Position numbers and translations under genes: made by a program
Notes under the pieces: model-generated
What the model was told of the DNA's origin: nothing
The model's database searches: none
Seen by the model: the letters and a program-made list of their open reading frames with translations, nothing else
From: Cycas panzhihuaensis
Taxonomy: Eukaryota > Plantae > Cycadophyta
Direction: 5' to 3'
DNA: 64,000 nt
Assembly (NCBI GenBank): GCA_023213395.1
Contig: CM041465.1
Coordinates: forward strand, 92,387,741-92,451,740
Shown: positions 14,714-29,100 of the stretch, piece by piece
Layout of the letters: each line of letters starts with the position of its first letter
How positions within the stretch are numbered: the stretch's first letter is position 1

Positions 14714-17700
14714 AGGTTTTATCCTGCAACATAAGGGGCCTCAATGCCCCATCAAAGCAGAGATTGGTAAAGGAATTGAGGATTAGGACTAGCGCGGATC
14801 TAGTCCTCTTACAGGAGATAAAACTAGATCAGGTTAAGGAAATAGAGGTGTTCAACAAGATCTAGAGAAGGGGAGATGGGAGGACGATCACAGGATTAGC
14901 AGGCTCTGGGAGGTTAGCCTCCCTATGGAACCCAAATAGGTGGAAAGGTTATGAAGTGGGTATGAATGAGCACTTTATAACCTTAGGTTTGGTATGTATA
15001 CGTACTAATAAGGAGTTCTGGATCACTAATGTTTAAGCCCCCACTTCAGTTAAGGGTAGGAAGAGCTTGTGGGAAAGATTGGTAGAGGCCCATAAAGACT
15101 GGGATGGTCCCCGGTTGGTGGGGGGGGACTTCAATATGCCCCTAAGCTTGGAAGAGAAGATAGGGGGCAAGTTGGTTGGACCAGAAGCATGTCTGATCAT
15201 GGAGAGTTCCTGTAATCGGGAGGCCTGATGGATGTCCTCCTTAGGGGAGCTGGGTATACCTAGTCCAACAGGCGTTTAGGACATAATCACCTTCAATGCA
15301 GATTAGACAGGATGCTAACAAACTATGAATGGTCCTACCACTTCGAAGGAACTAGACTAGAGGCTCTTCCGAAGTTTAGCTTGGACCACTCCCCCCTAGT
15401 TCTTGAGGGGTCCATCTTGGGTAATCATATAGGGGCCCCCTTCCATTTCGAACTTATGTGGCAAAAGCACCCAGATCTTAGGGGGAGGATTAGCGAGTGG
15501 TGGGGAGTCCCAGTTCACGGATGTGCTATGTTCAAGTTCTTGAAGAAGTTAAATTGGATTAAACAACAAATTAAGATCTGGAATAAGGAGGTCTTTGGTA
15601 ACTTCTTTGAAGATAAAGGTGCCCTGCTAACAGAGTTAAAAGGGATCGAGGATAGGATCCAATTGGAGGGAAGGACCCAGGACTTGGATCAAATTGAACA
15701 TTTCACCACCAAGAAATTAGATGAGATGCTGACTAGGGAGGAAATCCTCTAGAAACAGAAATCCAGAGAGCAGTGGATAAGGGAGGGGGACAAAAATACT
15801 AAGTACTTCCATCTATCCACTTTGAAGCACAGGGCTCATAACAGGATCAGCAAACTCTGAAGTAAGGATGAGGAAATGCTTGAGTTAGAGGATTAGTTTG
15901 GTAGAATTGCATTGGATTACTTTAAGTAGTTATATGTAGAACTTGGATGCTAGGATCCTGAACTTAGGGCTGGCCTTATGCAATATATTCTGAAGGTTAT
16001 CTCTGAGGCTCTTAACAGCAAATTGACAAAACCCTTCTCTCAAGAAGAAGTCGAGAATGCCTTATTCAAAATGGGTGGGGATAAGGCACCAGGGCTGGAT
16101 GGGTTTCCTCCCAAATTTTTTCAAGAATACTGGGAGATTAGTAAGGATGATTTAATTTTGGCATTAAATGAATTCTTTCTCAAGAGGACAATTCTAAAAG
16201 AATGGCAGGCCACCTTTTGGTCTTGATTCTGAAGGAGGAGGGAGCAGAAGTGATGGAAGATTTTAGACCGATCAGCCTCTGCAATGTAAAATATAAGATT
16301 TTAGTTAAAGTATTAGCAAATTGCCTCAGGGAGAGCCTTCTAGCCATCATCTCACCAAATTAAGATGGATTTGTTAAGGGCAGACAAATTACACATGGTA
16401 TTATTACTGTCCACGAAACATTGCACTCGACTCTTCATAGGAAGGAAGTAGTTATGATAATTAAAACATATATATCCAAGGCCTACGACTGGGTGGCTTG
16501 GGACTATCTGTTAGACTGCTTAAAAGCGTTCAATTTTGGGGAGGTCTGGAGGGACTGGATGAGATGCTGCATATCCAAGGTTTCATTTTCGGTGATTATA
16601 AACGGGAGGTCAACACCTTTCTTTCTCGGCTCCAGGGGTTTAAGACAAGGAGATCCCCTCTCACCCTTCCTCTTTATTATTATGGCAGAATTGTTAGGGA
16701 GGGCTATAATGGAGGCCCAGAGGTTAGGGTGGATAATAGGTTTGAAGCCATCTTCTAATTTGGACAATATTGCACATCACCAGTTTATCGACGATAACAT
16801 CTTTCTGTGTAGGGCCTCCCTAAGGGAGGCTAAGGCTTTAAAAGCAGGTCTTCAGGCATATGAGAGGGCTACCAATCAAAGAATTAACCTGGATAAGAGC
16901 TCAGTCTTTTTTATTAATACAACGGAGAGGTTGCATCAAAGGATCAGCAGGGTTCTGGAGATCTCCAGAAGACCCCTTCCAACCTCATATTTGGGAATGC
17001 CTCTCTTCGTGGGAAAGATGGTGAAGAATCTGTAGGACCCCGTTGTGAATAGATTTAACAAGAAATTAACAGGCTAGAAAGGGGCACTTCTTAGCTAGGC
17101 TGGAAAAATTCAGTTAGTGGTGGCCTCTCTTCAGAGCATTCCAGTTTACCAAATGTCTGTATTTAAGATGCTAGGCAAGGTTATATCCACCCTTGAGGGC
17201 ATTATGAAGAGATTTCTTTGGTCTGGAGCTGAAGATAAAAACAAAGTCCATCTAGTGTCATGGGAGAAGGTTTGTAAGCCTAAGTGGGCAGGAGGACTTA
17301 ATATTAGAAGGCTGGGCCTTTTTAACGAAGCCCTTTTGGCCAAGACGGGGTGGAGACTTACCAAAGAAGTTGGTTCAGTCTGGGGGAAAACTATAGCTAG
17401 GAAATACTTAAGGGATAAATAATTCCTGATGGAGGAGGAGTTTAGCCCCAAGGGATCCCCCATATGGAAAGCTATTTGGTCTTCGCGGTCCATCTTGCGA
17501 GAAGGAATGCGATGGAGATTGGGGGATGGAGAAAGTATAAGGTTCTGGAAAGATAAATGGTATGGACCCTCTAGGTTAGAGGAGATGCCAGATATTGGTA
17601 TCATGAAAGGGTATGTGAGAACAACTTTGGTTCTCTAGTCAAGCATTATTGGGTGGGGCAGGATAAGAATAGGTGATGGAGATCGTTTGAGGAACTGCAA

Positions 17701-18915
17701 GGTCTTGAGGAGGAGATTCAAAGAGTGAAGGGGGTTTTAGAAAACCAGTACATTTCAAAGCGGTCCTCTCTTGACACTCTGGTTTGGCCCCTTTCGTCAA
17801 TGGGCTCATACATGGTTAAAGATAGTTATAACCTGATGATGAATAGGGAAGGTTGGGCTAGCAATGACTTACTGGCCAGGGTTTGGAAGTTAGGGCTTCT
17901 CCCGAAGATCATTACTTTTTAGTGGTTATGCCTTCAAAATAAAATCCTAACAATAGATAACCTCTTGAAACGGGGATTCCAATTGGTGAGCAGGTGCATT
18001 CTATGCAAGGTGGAAGCTGAGACCCTGGACCACCTTTGTATTCACTACCCCTATTCTAAAGGAATCTGGGACAAAATCTGGTCCAGGCTGGGTTTAGTTT
18101 GGGTTTCATCTAAATCTCTAAAAGACTAGTGGTTAGCTTGGGATTCTCCATTCAAGAGTAAAATGCTCGGTAGATTCTAGAAGATGATCCTCCCGGTAGG
18201 CTTTTAGAGTATCTGGAAGAAATGCAACAGGAGAATTTTTTAGGATAAAGAGACAGACAGTGTGATATTGTTCGCTAAGATTAGGAAGGGTATTTCAGAA
18301 ATGTTGGTCCCCCCAAAGGAGGATAGGATCCCCAAGAGGGAAGAAGGCATCCTTGAGGACTGGGGAATAGGTCTCCCGAAGGGTGGTAGCGAGACGAGGA
18401 GAGCAATCAAATGGAACCCTCCAGACATAACCTGGGAAAAAATTAACTTTGATAAAGCTTCCAAAGATAATCCCAGAGAGGCAAGAGGGGGAGGACTCTG
18501 CAGGGATCATATGGGGACTCTGAAATGGGCTTTCGCAGAGTACTTAGGTATTCAATCAAACTAAAGAGTAGAGGTGTGGGCCATGCAAAGGGTGGTAGCT
18601 CTGTTGGATAAGGAGGAGGCACAGAAGGTGATCGTAGAAGGTGACTCCATGTATATGACAAAATGTTTAAGGGGGGAAGCGGAGCCATGGTGGAAGAATA
18701 TAGATATCATTAGAGATGTGCAAGATGTTCTAAGCTCTAACATTGGAGTCCAGATCTAGCATACCTACAGGGAAGGGAATTCAGCGGTAGATTGGCTTGC
18801 AAATTGGGCTGTGTTAAATATAAGAACCAAGGTTTGGAAGGAGGACTACCCAGAAGAGCTACTGAGATTGGTAAGGATTGATGCACATATTGGGGAGGCT
18901 GACAGGGGAGGCTGA
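14710..18915 (+). pseudogene. LINE-B ORF2 (APE endonuclease, RT, zf-RVT, RNase H), disrupted
   Basis: 'MKVLSCNIRGLN', 'LDHSPLVL', 'KAPGLDGFP', 'RGLRQGDPLSPFLFII', 'HHQFIDDNIF', 'KINFDKASKDNP', 'VIVEGDS', 'HTYREGNSAVDWLAN'. Many TAG/TGA/TAA stops. Confidence 0.9.
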
Positions 18916-21900
18916 GAGGAATTTTCTTTAATCTAGGCTAGACCATGGGCCTGTCATAGTCATCATTCCTAAGCCGATGGGTTATGATGTATAAGGTTTG
19001 GGGACCTAGTTAAAACCCCTTCAATATTATTTTACCTTACCAAAAAAAAAAAAAGATTGCTTTCCTCCCCATCATCTAGGGTTATTTTAGTAAAATACTT
19101 ATTATATCTTCTTTATTTGAGAATTTGAATAACATGCATCCTTTCAGGAGAGTTACAACCTCCATTGTGCCTTTTAGTTTCCATCTCTACCCTACCCATT
19201 TCCTAATGGGGTCCACACCTGGTTTGGGGCCTAAGAAACGTCTGACTAAGTTATTCTCCCAGTGTTTCTCCATGTGATCGGATAGTCTCTTAAGAACATA
19301 TATTGTAATTAAATATTCCTCTACAAAAGGGTTTATTTTAAAGGATTCAAACTCTTCATTTTTAAGAGCTTCCAAATATGATTTCCTTTTATTAGGGCTT
19401 TGGGTCTGGTTAGGTTCAGTGTGTAACATCTAAAGCTAGTCTTCTGGGTTTAATTTCCCTTTATTAGGACTTTAGGTCTAGTTAGGTTCAATGTTTCCCA
19501 TTTAAATCTAGTCTATTTTTTATTTATTTTCCCTTAAACTTGGCATTTCACCAAAAAAGAATGTTACGCATTAGATCCATCAATGCTTCTATAATAAAAA
19601 TAAGGACTCTCACCTGATAAAGAGAGTTCAGCTTCCTACTGTTACATAATAAATGCTCTTCTCCTTTGGTGAGATGACGGGACTCACCTGAGTATGCCTT
19701 ATCTCCCTCACCAATTTGGTCATCTTATTTTGATCCTGAGATGTGCAGCCAACATGAGTCTTCCCCGCGACTCTTTAATCCCAATGCATCTCCATTTAGT
19801 CCTACTCCTGCATCAACGTTTCTATCCCCACTACTCAAATGGGGTACTTTACTCCCATCTTCAGTCTTTCCCTAATAGTCAACCTTCCTCCTAAATGGAG
19901 TTCCACCCCTACACATAGTAGCGACCACTATCGCCTTAGTCCAAGCCCTAGCCAAGTTGTCCTCGTATTTGCTTTGACATCTACTCTGTCTAGCGTCTCC
20001 TAAATCTCCATGGTTCTCTATCCACTCTAAAAGTGTCTACCTCTAGCCATAGTAGCCTTCAATGTCTACATCCATCTATCTGGAGGGTGATACCACCCAC
20101 CCTCACCCTCCTGAAACCCTCATGCCCCTCCTTGATCGATCTGGTCTCACTCGTCCCTCCCAATTCAAATGAAATTTTGTTCGTAGCTACCATCTAAAAC
20201 TTTAGTCCCTTGCTTCTTGCATATTGTCTCGATGAATTTTAATAAGTTTATAACTAATGCTATTTTTTAGTAATTTTTTTAAAATACTCAAATTCACTTA
20301 AAAGTTATCTCATGGATACTTATGCATGTCTTGGGCCTTACAATAACACAACGAATATGAAATCACTCAATAAGGAAAAAGGTTCCTATTAAGTTTTACT
20401 ACAATGATAAAAAAATATTAAAATATAATTTTGGGTAATTATATAATATTATTTAGCCATAGAATTTATTACAAATAGCCACTAAACCACTAGGGTTATT
20501 TATGGAGATGATCACCTTTCGAAGATCTATTTGCTAAAAAGAAAAGGGGCTCAAATGAAATCTAGGATAAAAAGTTATAACCACACATTGACCCTATAAA
20601 TGAGTATATTCTATATGCTCCCATGTCATCCTCTCTTAATTGAAAAGAACTCAACTTCCATGAGTTACTATGATGAAATTTTTGTCACTTGTTTATACTA
20701 TGTTTCTTCAATTCCTCTTCTAAAATCTAATCATTGTCCTCTTATTGTAGCCTTTTCTACTAAACTAAATACCTACTATAACTATCCTACCTTATAGCCA
20801 TTGTCTTCATATTTAATACTTATTCTATTTCCATCCATTTTCTTCCTTAGTATTTGCTACCTCCAATTCACCTCTTCTTTCTCATCATATCCCTTTTAAA
20901 AGGGATATAAATAAGAAATATTAACTACTAGAGGGATATTAAAGCTATGAGGTAGATTTACCTTATAACTATTGTCATTGATTTTCTTCACAATTTGGTA
21001 TAAACTAATCTTCTTATACTTTAATATGTTACATGTACCTTAAGGAAACCTATCCTTCCTCAAGCATACCATTACTAAATATCCTTCTACAAATATCTTG
21101 TACCTATTAATCATGTATATTACTACTTTATACTACCTATCATTACTTTCTTGTAACTTCTCTCTTATATTATTATGCACCTGCTATATACATTCTATAA
21201 ATACCTCTACATCATCGCTCATCCACTCCTTAATTAGTAATTGTACTAAATCTAACACTCCCTTAAGATTCCGTCCATATATAATATATAATGGTAATTT
21301 ACATGTTGATCTATTCACAGAGCACTTGTATGTAAATTCTACTACTTGGGCTTCTCTCTAATAATACAACTCAACATGTTATCCAAACTCTTATTCATCA
21401 CCTCTATTTACCCATCTATTTGTGTATGGTAAGCACTACTAAATTATAACTAGGTCCCTAATTTCTTTTAGAATATCCATAAAAATAATTAAGAAATTAA
21501 TTGCCCATATCTGAAGTAATGATTTTATTATCCCATACAACCTAATAACTTCGTTAAAAAATATATATGTTGCTTTTATCACATCAATTTTCTTTTTTGC
21601 ATGCAATAAAATGAGCCATTTTAGAAAACCTATCCATAATAATAAACATAGAATCATTATCTTATTACATGTTTGGAAGTCCCAATATAAAGTCCATGCT
21701 TAATTCTATCCATGGCCCTTCCAACACTAGTAGTGGTATGTACAATATGGTGTTTTGTATATGTCCCTTTGCCACATGGTAAACCTTACATCTTGCCACA
21801 TGCTTTGTCATATCCCACTTTATCTTTGGCCAATAATAATTCTCGTCCACTAAGGATATGGTCTTGAAGACTTTCACTATGTAATTCCCTCACATTATTA

Positions 21901-23570
21901 TCCCTCACGGACCCAACTAGAATACATAACTACTTCCCCTTAAATAGATATCCATCCTACATAAAATAATCATCATACACGGACCCACTCCTATTAACTA
22001 AGGGATTTTTGTAATATTTCACAACCTTTCTAAAATATGGGTCAATATCATATAAATCCTTTAAACCCTCAAATCTAACTGCTTCACTCATTATGGTCAT
22101 TAATAAGGTTGCCCTCTTACTTAAGACATTAACAACTTAATTTTGTTTTCCTAACTTATACTTCAAGATAAAAGTAAAACCCTAGAAGTATGGCACCCAC
22201 TTTGTATGTCTAGTATTTAACTTCCCCTGTGTATTTGCATACCTTAAGGCTTGATAGTCTACAAATAAGATTAATTCCTTAGGCATAAGATAATGCTTCC
22301 AATATCATAATGCATGCATAATAACATAAAATTCTATATCATAAATGGAGTGATTCTTCCTTACCTCATTTAGCTTCTTACTATTATATGTTTTTAACTT
22401 ATCTTCTTGAATTAATACAACTCCAATACCCATATGTAAGGCACTACAATTGACCTCAAATACTTTTCTAAAATCTAGTAATGTTGAAATATGTGTCTCT
22501 ATTACTATTTACATTAATAACTAAAAGCTTTGTTATATTGCCTTTGTTTAAACTAATTCTTTCCTTTTCTAGTAAGTTATTAGTGGTATAATAATACTAC
22601 TAAACTTCCTTATGAACTTCTTATAAATAGCAGTTAATCCATGAAAGCTCCTTAGATCTATAATACTTTATGCAATAAGTCACTCAATAATTACTCTTAT
22701 CTTGTCTTCATCCATTCATAATTCTTTTTGCGAAATGATAAACCTAAAAAATACCAAACTCCTCTGCATGAACCTATATTTCTTCAAGTTTTCAAATAAT
22801 TTCTCTTGCCTTAACATCTCAAATATATTTCCTAAGTGTATTAGGTGTTCCTCCTTAGTCTTATACTAATGTGGTCTCTTAACATTGTGTTCATCAACCT
22901 CATAAATATGCTTAATGCATTAGATATCCCAAATGGCATGACCAACCACTTAGTCTTGAATATAGTCTTCTATTCATCCTCTTCATGAATTTAGATTTAG
23001 TAGTAACCACTCTTCATATTAATCTTTATAAAATATGAAGATCCTACTAATAAATCTATCATATCATCCATAACAGATATGGAAATTTTGTATTTGATAG
23101 TGATCTTATTGATTGCTCTCTAATCAATACATATCCTCCATGTATCACCATTCTTTAAATTCAATAACATAGAAGTTGCACATGGACTCAAGCTCTCCCT
23201 CATTACACCTTTCTTTACTAATTCACTTACTTGCTTATTTAACTCTACACTCTTTATTGTACTTATCCTATAAGCCACTTAGTTTAGTAAGGCAGATCTC
23301 ATAATCAAGTCGATATGGTGTTGGATATCCCTCATGGGTGGCAATCCATCTAGCAATTTATTAGGCATAATATCAAAATATCCCTCTAGTGTGCCTACTA
23401 CCTTAACTAACATCTATACGTCCTCATCTTTAACCTTCTTTGTCATCAAAGCATAATAAATATAAATCATTTTCACTTCTCTCATAAATTCTTTTCCTGT
23501 CAATATGTTCTCTGCCTATCTTTCTTCCTTCACAAGTAATAAAACCACCTTCACACCATCCTTCTAGAAG

Positions 23571-23798
23571 GTGTAGGTGTTCTTCTTCCCATCATGGTAA
23601 GCACATTTATCATACTACCATGGCTTCCCTAACAACACATGGTAGGAATTAATCAAAATGACATCATACCATATATCATCTTAGGTGTAGGTGTTCTTCT
23701 TCCCATCATGGTAATCACATGTATCATACTACCATGGCCTCCTTAACAACACAAGGTATGCATCCATCGAAATGACATCATACCATATATCATCTTAG
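23571..23798. repeat. 2 x 114-bp in-frame tandem duplication in the gypsy protease region
   Basis: Units 23571-23684 and 23685-23798 both run gtgtaggtgttcttcttcccatcatggtaa...catcatacc atatatcatcttag. Confidence 0.9.
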
Positions 23799-26087
23799 TA
23801 TATATTCCCTATGGTAAACTTAACCAAACACTTCTTATTAATAACTACTTCACTTCCCTTTTTAATCTAATAAATTTAGTAATGATTAGGATGCTTTTCA
23901 TAATGTATGCCTAACTTCTATGCCATTTTATTAGAAACCATATTCTCATAATTACCACCATTAATAATAATTTTATATACCTTTCTTATAATGTATATTT
24001 TATTTTGAATATATTGTTATACAACCATGAATCAATAACTACCTTTTCATTTTCTTTCTCATATGCTTATTCCTATTTTAGAGAAATTAATGTGCTCCTT
24101 AGAATTAAGTTTCCACCTATATTTATTATAATTTTGTTTTCTACTCCTCTACTTGAGCCAAGTTCACCCTTAGGTACTCCCCATAGCCCCTAAAATTGTA
24201 AAAAGGGTTTTTAAATACCTTGTGTACTTCTTCATTACATCTGAGATAAATAAAGGGTCTTCTTGGTGCATTATTCCATCCTCTAGTACTAGCAAAACCT
24301 CAACCCCTCAATGCTCCTTGAAATTCTCTTCCTCTTTGCTATTTTGAAGCCCTCTTTATTCTTGCCTTCTTGGGACTCCATCTTGCCTTACATCCTCCTC
24401 TCTTTCCTTCCTATTAAATGACTCTCTCTAAGGGTAACTAAATACACCTCTACCTTTGAATAAGGGCAATGGGCCTTTCCTTATCATGGGTGACTTTCAA
24501 ACAACATTATTATTCTACTTTTCTTCTATCTTTAATACCAATTAGTAGGCATCTTCCATACTACTAGTCCTAAGCATACTCAACATATCTTAAATAGAAA
24601 GCTTTAAGCCATTAACATACTTTATAGCTATCTATTTCCCTATCTGCTCGTGCTTCACTTAAATGGATAACTTGTAGAACTCAATTGTGTAGTCGTGTAA
24701 ACTCAACTCTTTCGATCTTAGGTTTTACAACCTCTTGAATAAAGCTTGGGGGTAATTAACTAGAAGAAATTTCTCTTTCAACTTCTTTACCATCTTATAC
24801 TAAATTTAATCTTCTCATTTTCTTTCTTTATCCTTTCCTTTAATAGATGATCCTACTGGATCATGACATAACCACTTAGTTTGGTACATGTAAGCTTTGC
24901 CTTCTTCTCCTCACTTGTATCCTTCTACTTGAAGAACTTCTCCATATTATTTAGCTAATAAATTAACTCCTCTAGCCTCAAACTACCTTTACAGTCTAGA
25001 ACTTTTAAATTTTACTCCATTATTCTTCCTTTTTAATTCTCTCAATATTACTTATTTATATGTTGATCGTTTTAGGTGTTCCTCCTTCTCATATTTCATT
25101 CTTGCTTCTAGCTCTATTTTTACATCACTATCATTTCTTCTTAGCCTTTAGTCCATTCCTCAAAAATACTTATTATCATCTCATCACTACTTTAACAAGC
25201 TCTTCTACTCTTCTTTCTAACTCTACATGCTTCTATTTAACTGTGTTTCCTCTTCTTTCCATATTTTATTTTTGTTTACTTCCTGCAAACACCTTTAAGC
25301 TACTTTTAACAAGTCTTAAGCTCTCAACACTATTTATGTCACACAATTTCTCAAAATAAATCTCTCTCAAATAAATTTCTTAAAAGAAAGCACAAAATTT
25401 ACCATTAGTTTATTATAGTATTTCTCCTTTTCTCCTAGAGTTGAATCTAGCTCCGATACCAAATGATAAGATGGAAGATCCTTAAACTATACATATAAGG
25501 ATAAAGAAATTTAAAGCATAAAAAAAAGAAAAAAAAAGCTGAATCACACATAAGAACACCTTCTTAAAATTTTCGATCTTCCTTCTTTTCTTTTTAAAAT
25601 TCAAATATGTACATATATGAGGCCTTCAACCATAATAAAATCTTAACAACTATCCCCTAAAATTACTCCATTGATTTAGAGCAAAAAAAATTCTAATTCA
25701 AAATTTTATATTTTTAGTAAGTTTCTAACTATTACTATTTTTAGTAAGTTTTCAAAAATATTCTAATTTACTTAAAAATTATCCCATGGATACTTACATA
25801 TGTCATGGGCCACAATATAAATACAACTAATATGAAATCACTCCCCTAACTATAAAAAGTTGTGCACATTAAGTTTTATAAAAGTGATAACAAATGTTAA
25901 AATAGGCAACTATATGACATCATTTCGACCAAAATATTTGATACAGATGGCTACTAAATGGGTAGGGAAGTTTATAATGATGGTCACCTTTTGATGATCT
26001 ACATGCTAAAAAAGAGTCATAGATTAAAAAGTATGACCCCAACAAATTATCCCTACATACTAGTATCCTCTAGATGCTCTTGCATTA

Positions 26088-26120
26088 TACATACATACAT
26101 ACATACATATATATATATAT
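26088..26120. repeat. (TACA)n(TA)n microsatellite at the right flank of the CRM-like element
   Basis: tacatacatacat...atatatatatat, directly visible. Confidence 0.9.
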
Positions 26121-29100
26121 AAGGGAATCTCATTTAGGTTTTCTATAAAGAGAACACTAAGTAAGTGATATCAATATTTATAACTTTATAAAGAGCCCTA
26201 TATAAGCTTCCATTAATTCTCTCATAATTTTCTCTATCTTCCCCTAAGTATTATGCCCCATGGACTTTTTATCATATTCTAGAAAGAAGTAAGCATTATT
26301 AGAGAAGTTAAAATGTCAATTATTTATAATTGCTTCTTAATATTATAATTATTATTTTATTAATAGTTGTAGTGAGTTTTTTATGGTTTATAACTAATTA
26401 TTTGATCTTTGGCCACTTATCTCTAGTTGTTGGTTATCTTTAGTAGAAGTTAGTCATTGGTTGATATCATTGATCCTAGGGCTAGTTATTATTGTTATCA
26501 CTAATCACTATCATTAGTCATAAGGATAGTTATTATTACTATCATTAATTATTATCATTGATTGAAGTGATCTTAAATTAGATCTACTTCATAAAAATAA
26601 GAAGAAAGCTTAAGAGAAAGTTAAAACAAAGCTCATAAGAGCTAAATGATCAAAAGACCCTAAATGGATTAATTCACAAAAGATGATTTATAAATGAACG
26701 ATAATTTTCTATTTATAGGTGTCAAAATTGATCACCTTTTAAAATCCAACTTCTTAACAATAATAGAACTAACTTCCAATAATGATAATAAAATACTTGC
26801 TCCCTAATAATAAGAAAATTAACTTTTAATAATTAAAATTAATAATTTATCATAAAAGGTTAACTTCCATAGTTGTATCATGTTACAATAAGTCCCTCTC
26901 CTTAGAAAATTCACTTTATCCACAAAGTATTGGTAAAGATTCGTGACTTTGGATGAATTATTCATTTTTCCAAGTTACTCATTAGTGTGGTAGTTCCTTT
27001 TATTTGATTAGGTATTTTTTGATGTTTCTTGATTTGATCATGCATTATTAGCTATTTGTAATTCCTTTTGGCTTGATCATAAGTTTTCTTTCTTCATCTA
27101 TTATTGGTAGTTATGTTGTCACTCTATTATAATATCCCACTTTTCTTTTTCTGTTAGAAACATGGAAGACATCATGGATCTACTTCTCCAACCTTTCTTT
27201 AGACTTCATATAGACCATAAAATCATGATGCAAATTTGTACATCCCTTGTTGTTTGAGAGAGGTCTAATTATATGGTTATAGTTTTACATAAATCTAATC
27301 TCCTATCTCAAACTATCTTTCAATCCTTGTCTTGTCAGCTTTTTATTTTATTTGATTCCTTATAATATCATAGTATTATTTATGTTTTGCTAAGATTTTC
27401 TCTAATTATGATATTAATTCTTCCACTATTAAAGTTCTTGTTATATTTCAAATATAATCCACTAGTGTTGGAGGTGGGTATCTATATAGTACCATGAAAG
27501 GTATTATTTTAATAAAGGAATAGCAATTGGTAGTATATCATTGCTTAGCTAAGTGAATCCACATTACATATTTAGATCAGTTATCCCCTACATAACATCA
27601 TAAATATGTTTTTAAGCTCTTGTTAACCACTTTAGTCTGATTGTTAGTTTGGGATGGTATAACGTGCTCATGGCGAGTTGTGTCCTTACTAATCTATATA
27701 AGTCTTTTCAAAATTGGTTTATAAATTTTAGGTCCCCATCATTGATTATCATCTTAGGAAATCCATGTAACGTATGGATATTCTCCATGAATACTTTGTC
27801 TATTTGGCATGCCTTATAAGATGACTGGATGAAAATGAAGTGTGCATACTTTATCAAGCATTCCACTACTATAAATAGGCCATCCTTTGTTTTAAATTTT
27901 TGGAGTCCTATTATAAAATCCATAAATATTTCTTTTTATTTTTATTTAGGATGATCAGGAGGCTATAGTAACCATAGAATCTGTATCGATTATGCCTTTT
28001 GTCTTTGATAGGTCTCACACTAAAAAACAAGTGTCTTTACATATGATTTTATTCCTTATTAGTAGAATGATCTTCTTATCCTTTCATAGGTTTTGAAGAT
28101 GCCTGCATGCTTGATTATGGGTGATTCATGATGTTCTTTGAGGGCTACTTCCTTGAATTATGATTTTTGGGGCATGTAGATCATAAAGTAGGATGTTTCC
28201 CTTTCTTATTTAAGTGATCTCTACTAACTCCTTAGAATTTTTATCCATAATAGCCTTAACCTCTTTATCTTATAAGTATTTTTGGTGTAAATCCTCAAGC
28301 CATATGGGTATGGATATTATGATAGTTGATTAGTTGGTGTCTTTAAATTTCATGAATAATGTGTCTATTATAATAGTTTCCTTCCCTTTTTTATATGAGA
28401 TCTTAAAGTCATAATCCTAATTTTACTCACCTATTTTTATGGCTCCTTAAATAAATTTTATTATGTCAATAAATACTTTAAACTATGGTGGTTTATCTTG
28501 ACAATAAATTTTATTTCCAATAAGTATTACCTCTGTTTTACTGGGGTATGTAGAATGTCTAACATCTCTTTATCATATGTGCTTTTAGCCTTTTTATTTA
28601 AGTTTGGCTTTTAACTCTCAACATGTAATGAGGTGGTCCTTTTGTAGTAGAGTCGTTCCTATGTCTATTCTTGATGCATCATATTTCATTGTAAATGGAT
28701 ATGAGAAATCTAGCATGGCCTGAATTAAGATAGTCATGATAGCTACCTTTAGTTTATTGAAACTTGTGCTAGCATTTTCATCCCAATTAAAACTAAATTT
28801 CATGGTAAAATTTGTTAAGGGCTTAGCTATATCATCGTATCCCTTGATAATTTTTTAATATTATTTAATAATCCCTATAAATCATCTAAGCTTTGATATA
28901 TTCTTAGGTATAGACCAATCGAGGATGGCCTATATCTTTATGGGATTAATTTTGATTCTATATTTTGAGATGATGTATCCAAGGTACTATAGAGTTATCC
29001 TTCCAAAGTAGCATTTAGACTTCTTTAAAAAAAATGTTGTTTCTAAGAATCTGAAATATTTGTTGGATATGCATTAAATGTTCTTGCCATGCTTTATTAT

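Larger units (their letters stand above)
12515..19052 (+). mobile_element. Full-length L1-clade LINE with RNase H (LINE-B), ~6.5 kb
   Basis: 17-bp TSD aagattgcttt(t/c)ctccc at 12498-12514 and 19053-19069; poly(A) at 19042-19054; ORF1 and ORF2 recognisable but carrying many stops. Confidence 0.93.
7257..20235 (-). mobile_element. L1-clade LINE with C-terminal RNase H (LINE-A), decayed full length, interrupted by LINE-B
   Basis: Poly(T) at 7254-7267 is the poly(A) tail. ORF2 (~7500-11609): APE 'LLLLQETKL', 'IIGDFN', 'DHSPL'; RT 'HHHFVDHNILL'; RNase H 'VILERDS', 'TYREGNGVADKLA'. ORF1 from 19429 (DUF4283-like 'KHWENNLVRRFLGPKPG') continues at 12514-11606. Degenerate TSD resembling ttt..aagttt. 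Confidence 0.9.
7012..26087 (-). mobile_element. CRM-like Ty3/gypsy LTR retrotransposon (5' LTR 25464-26087; 3' LTR split into 7012-~7256 and ~20237-20628 by a LINE)
   Basis: 7012-7256 plus 20237-20628 align collinearly with 25464-26087. PBS gctccgatacca at 25450-25461; PPT tcctctctt at 20629. Decayed gag, protease ('KCLVKFTIG..Y.DDIWYDVI'), RT, RH and integrase ('PWIELSMDFILGLP'; C-term 'LRKDRFP....KKINDNSYKV.LP', typical of CRM-clade chromoviruses). Confidence 0.85.
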
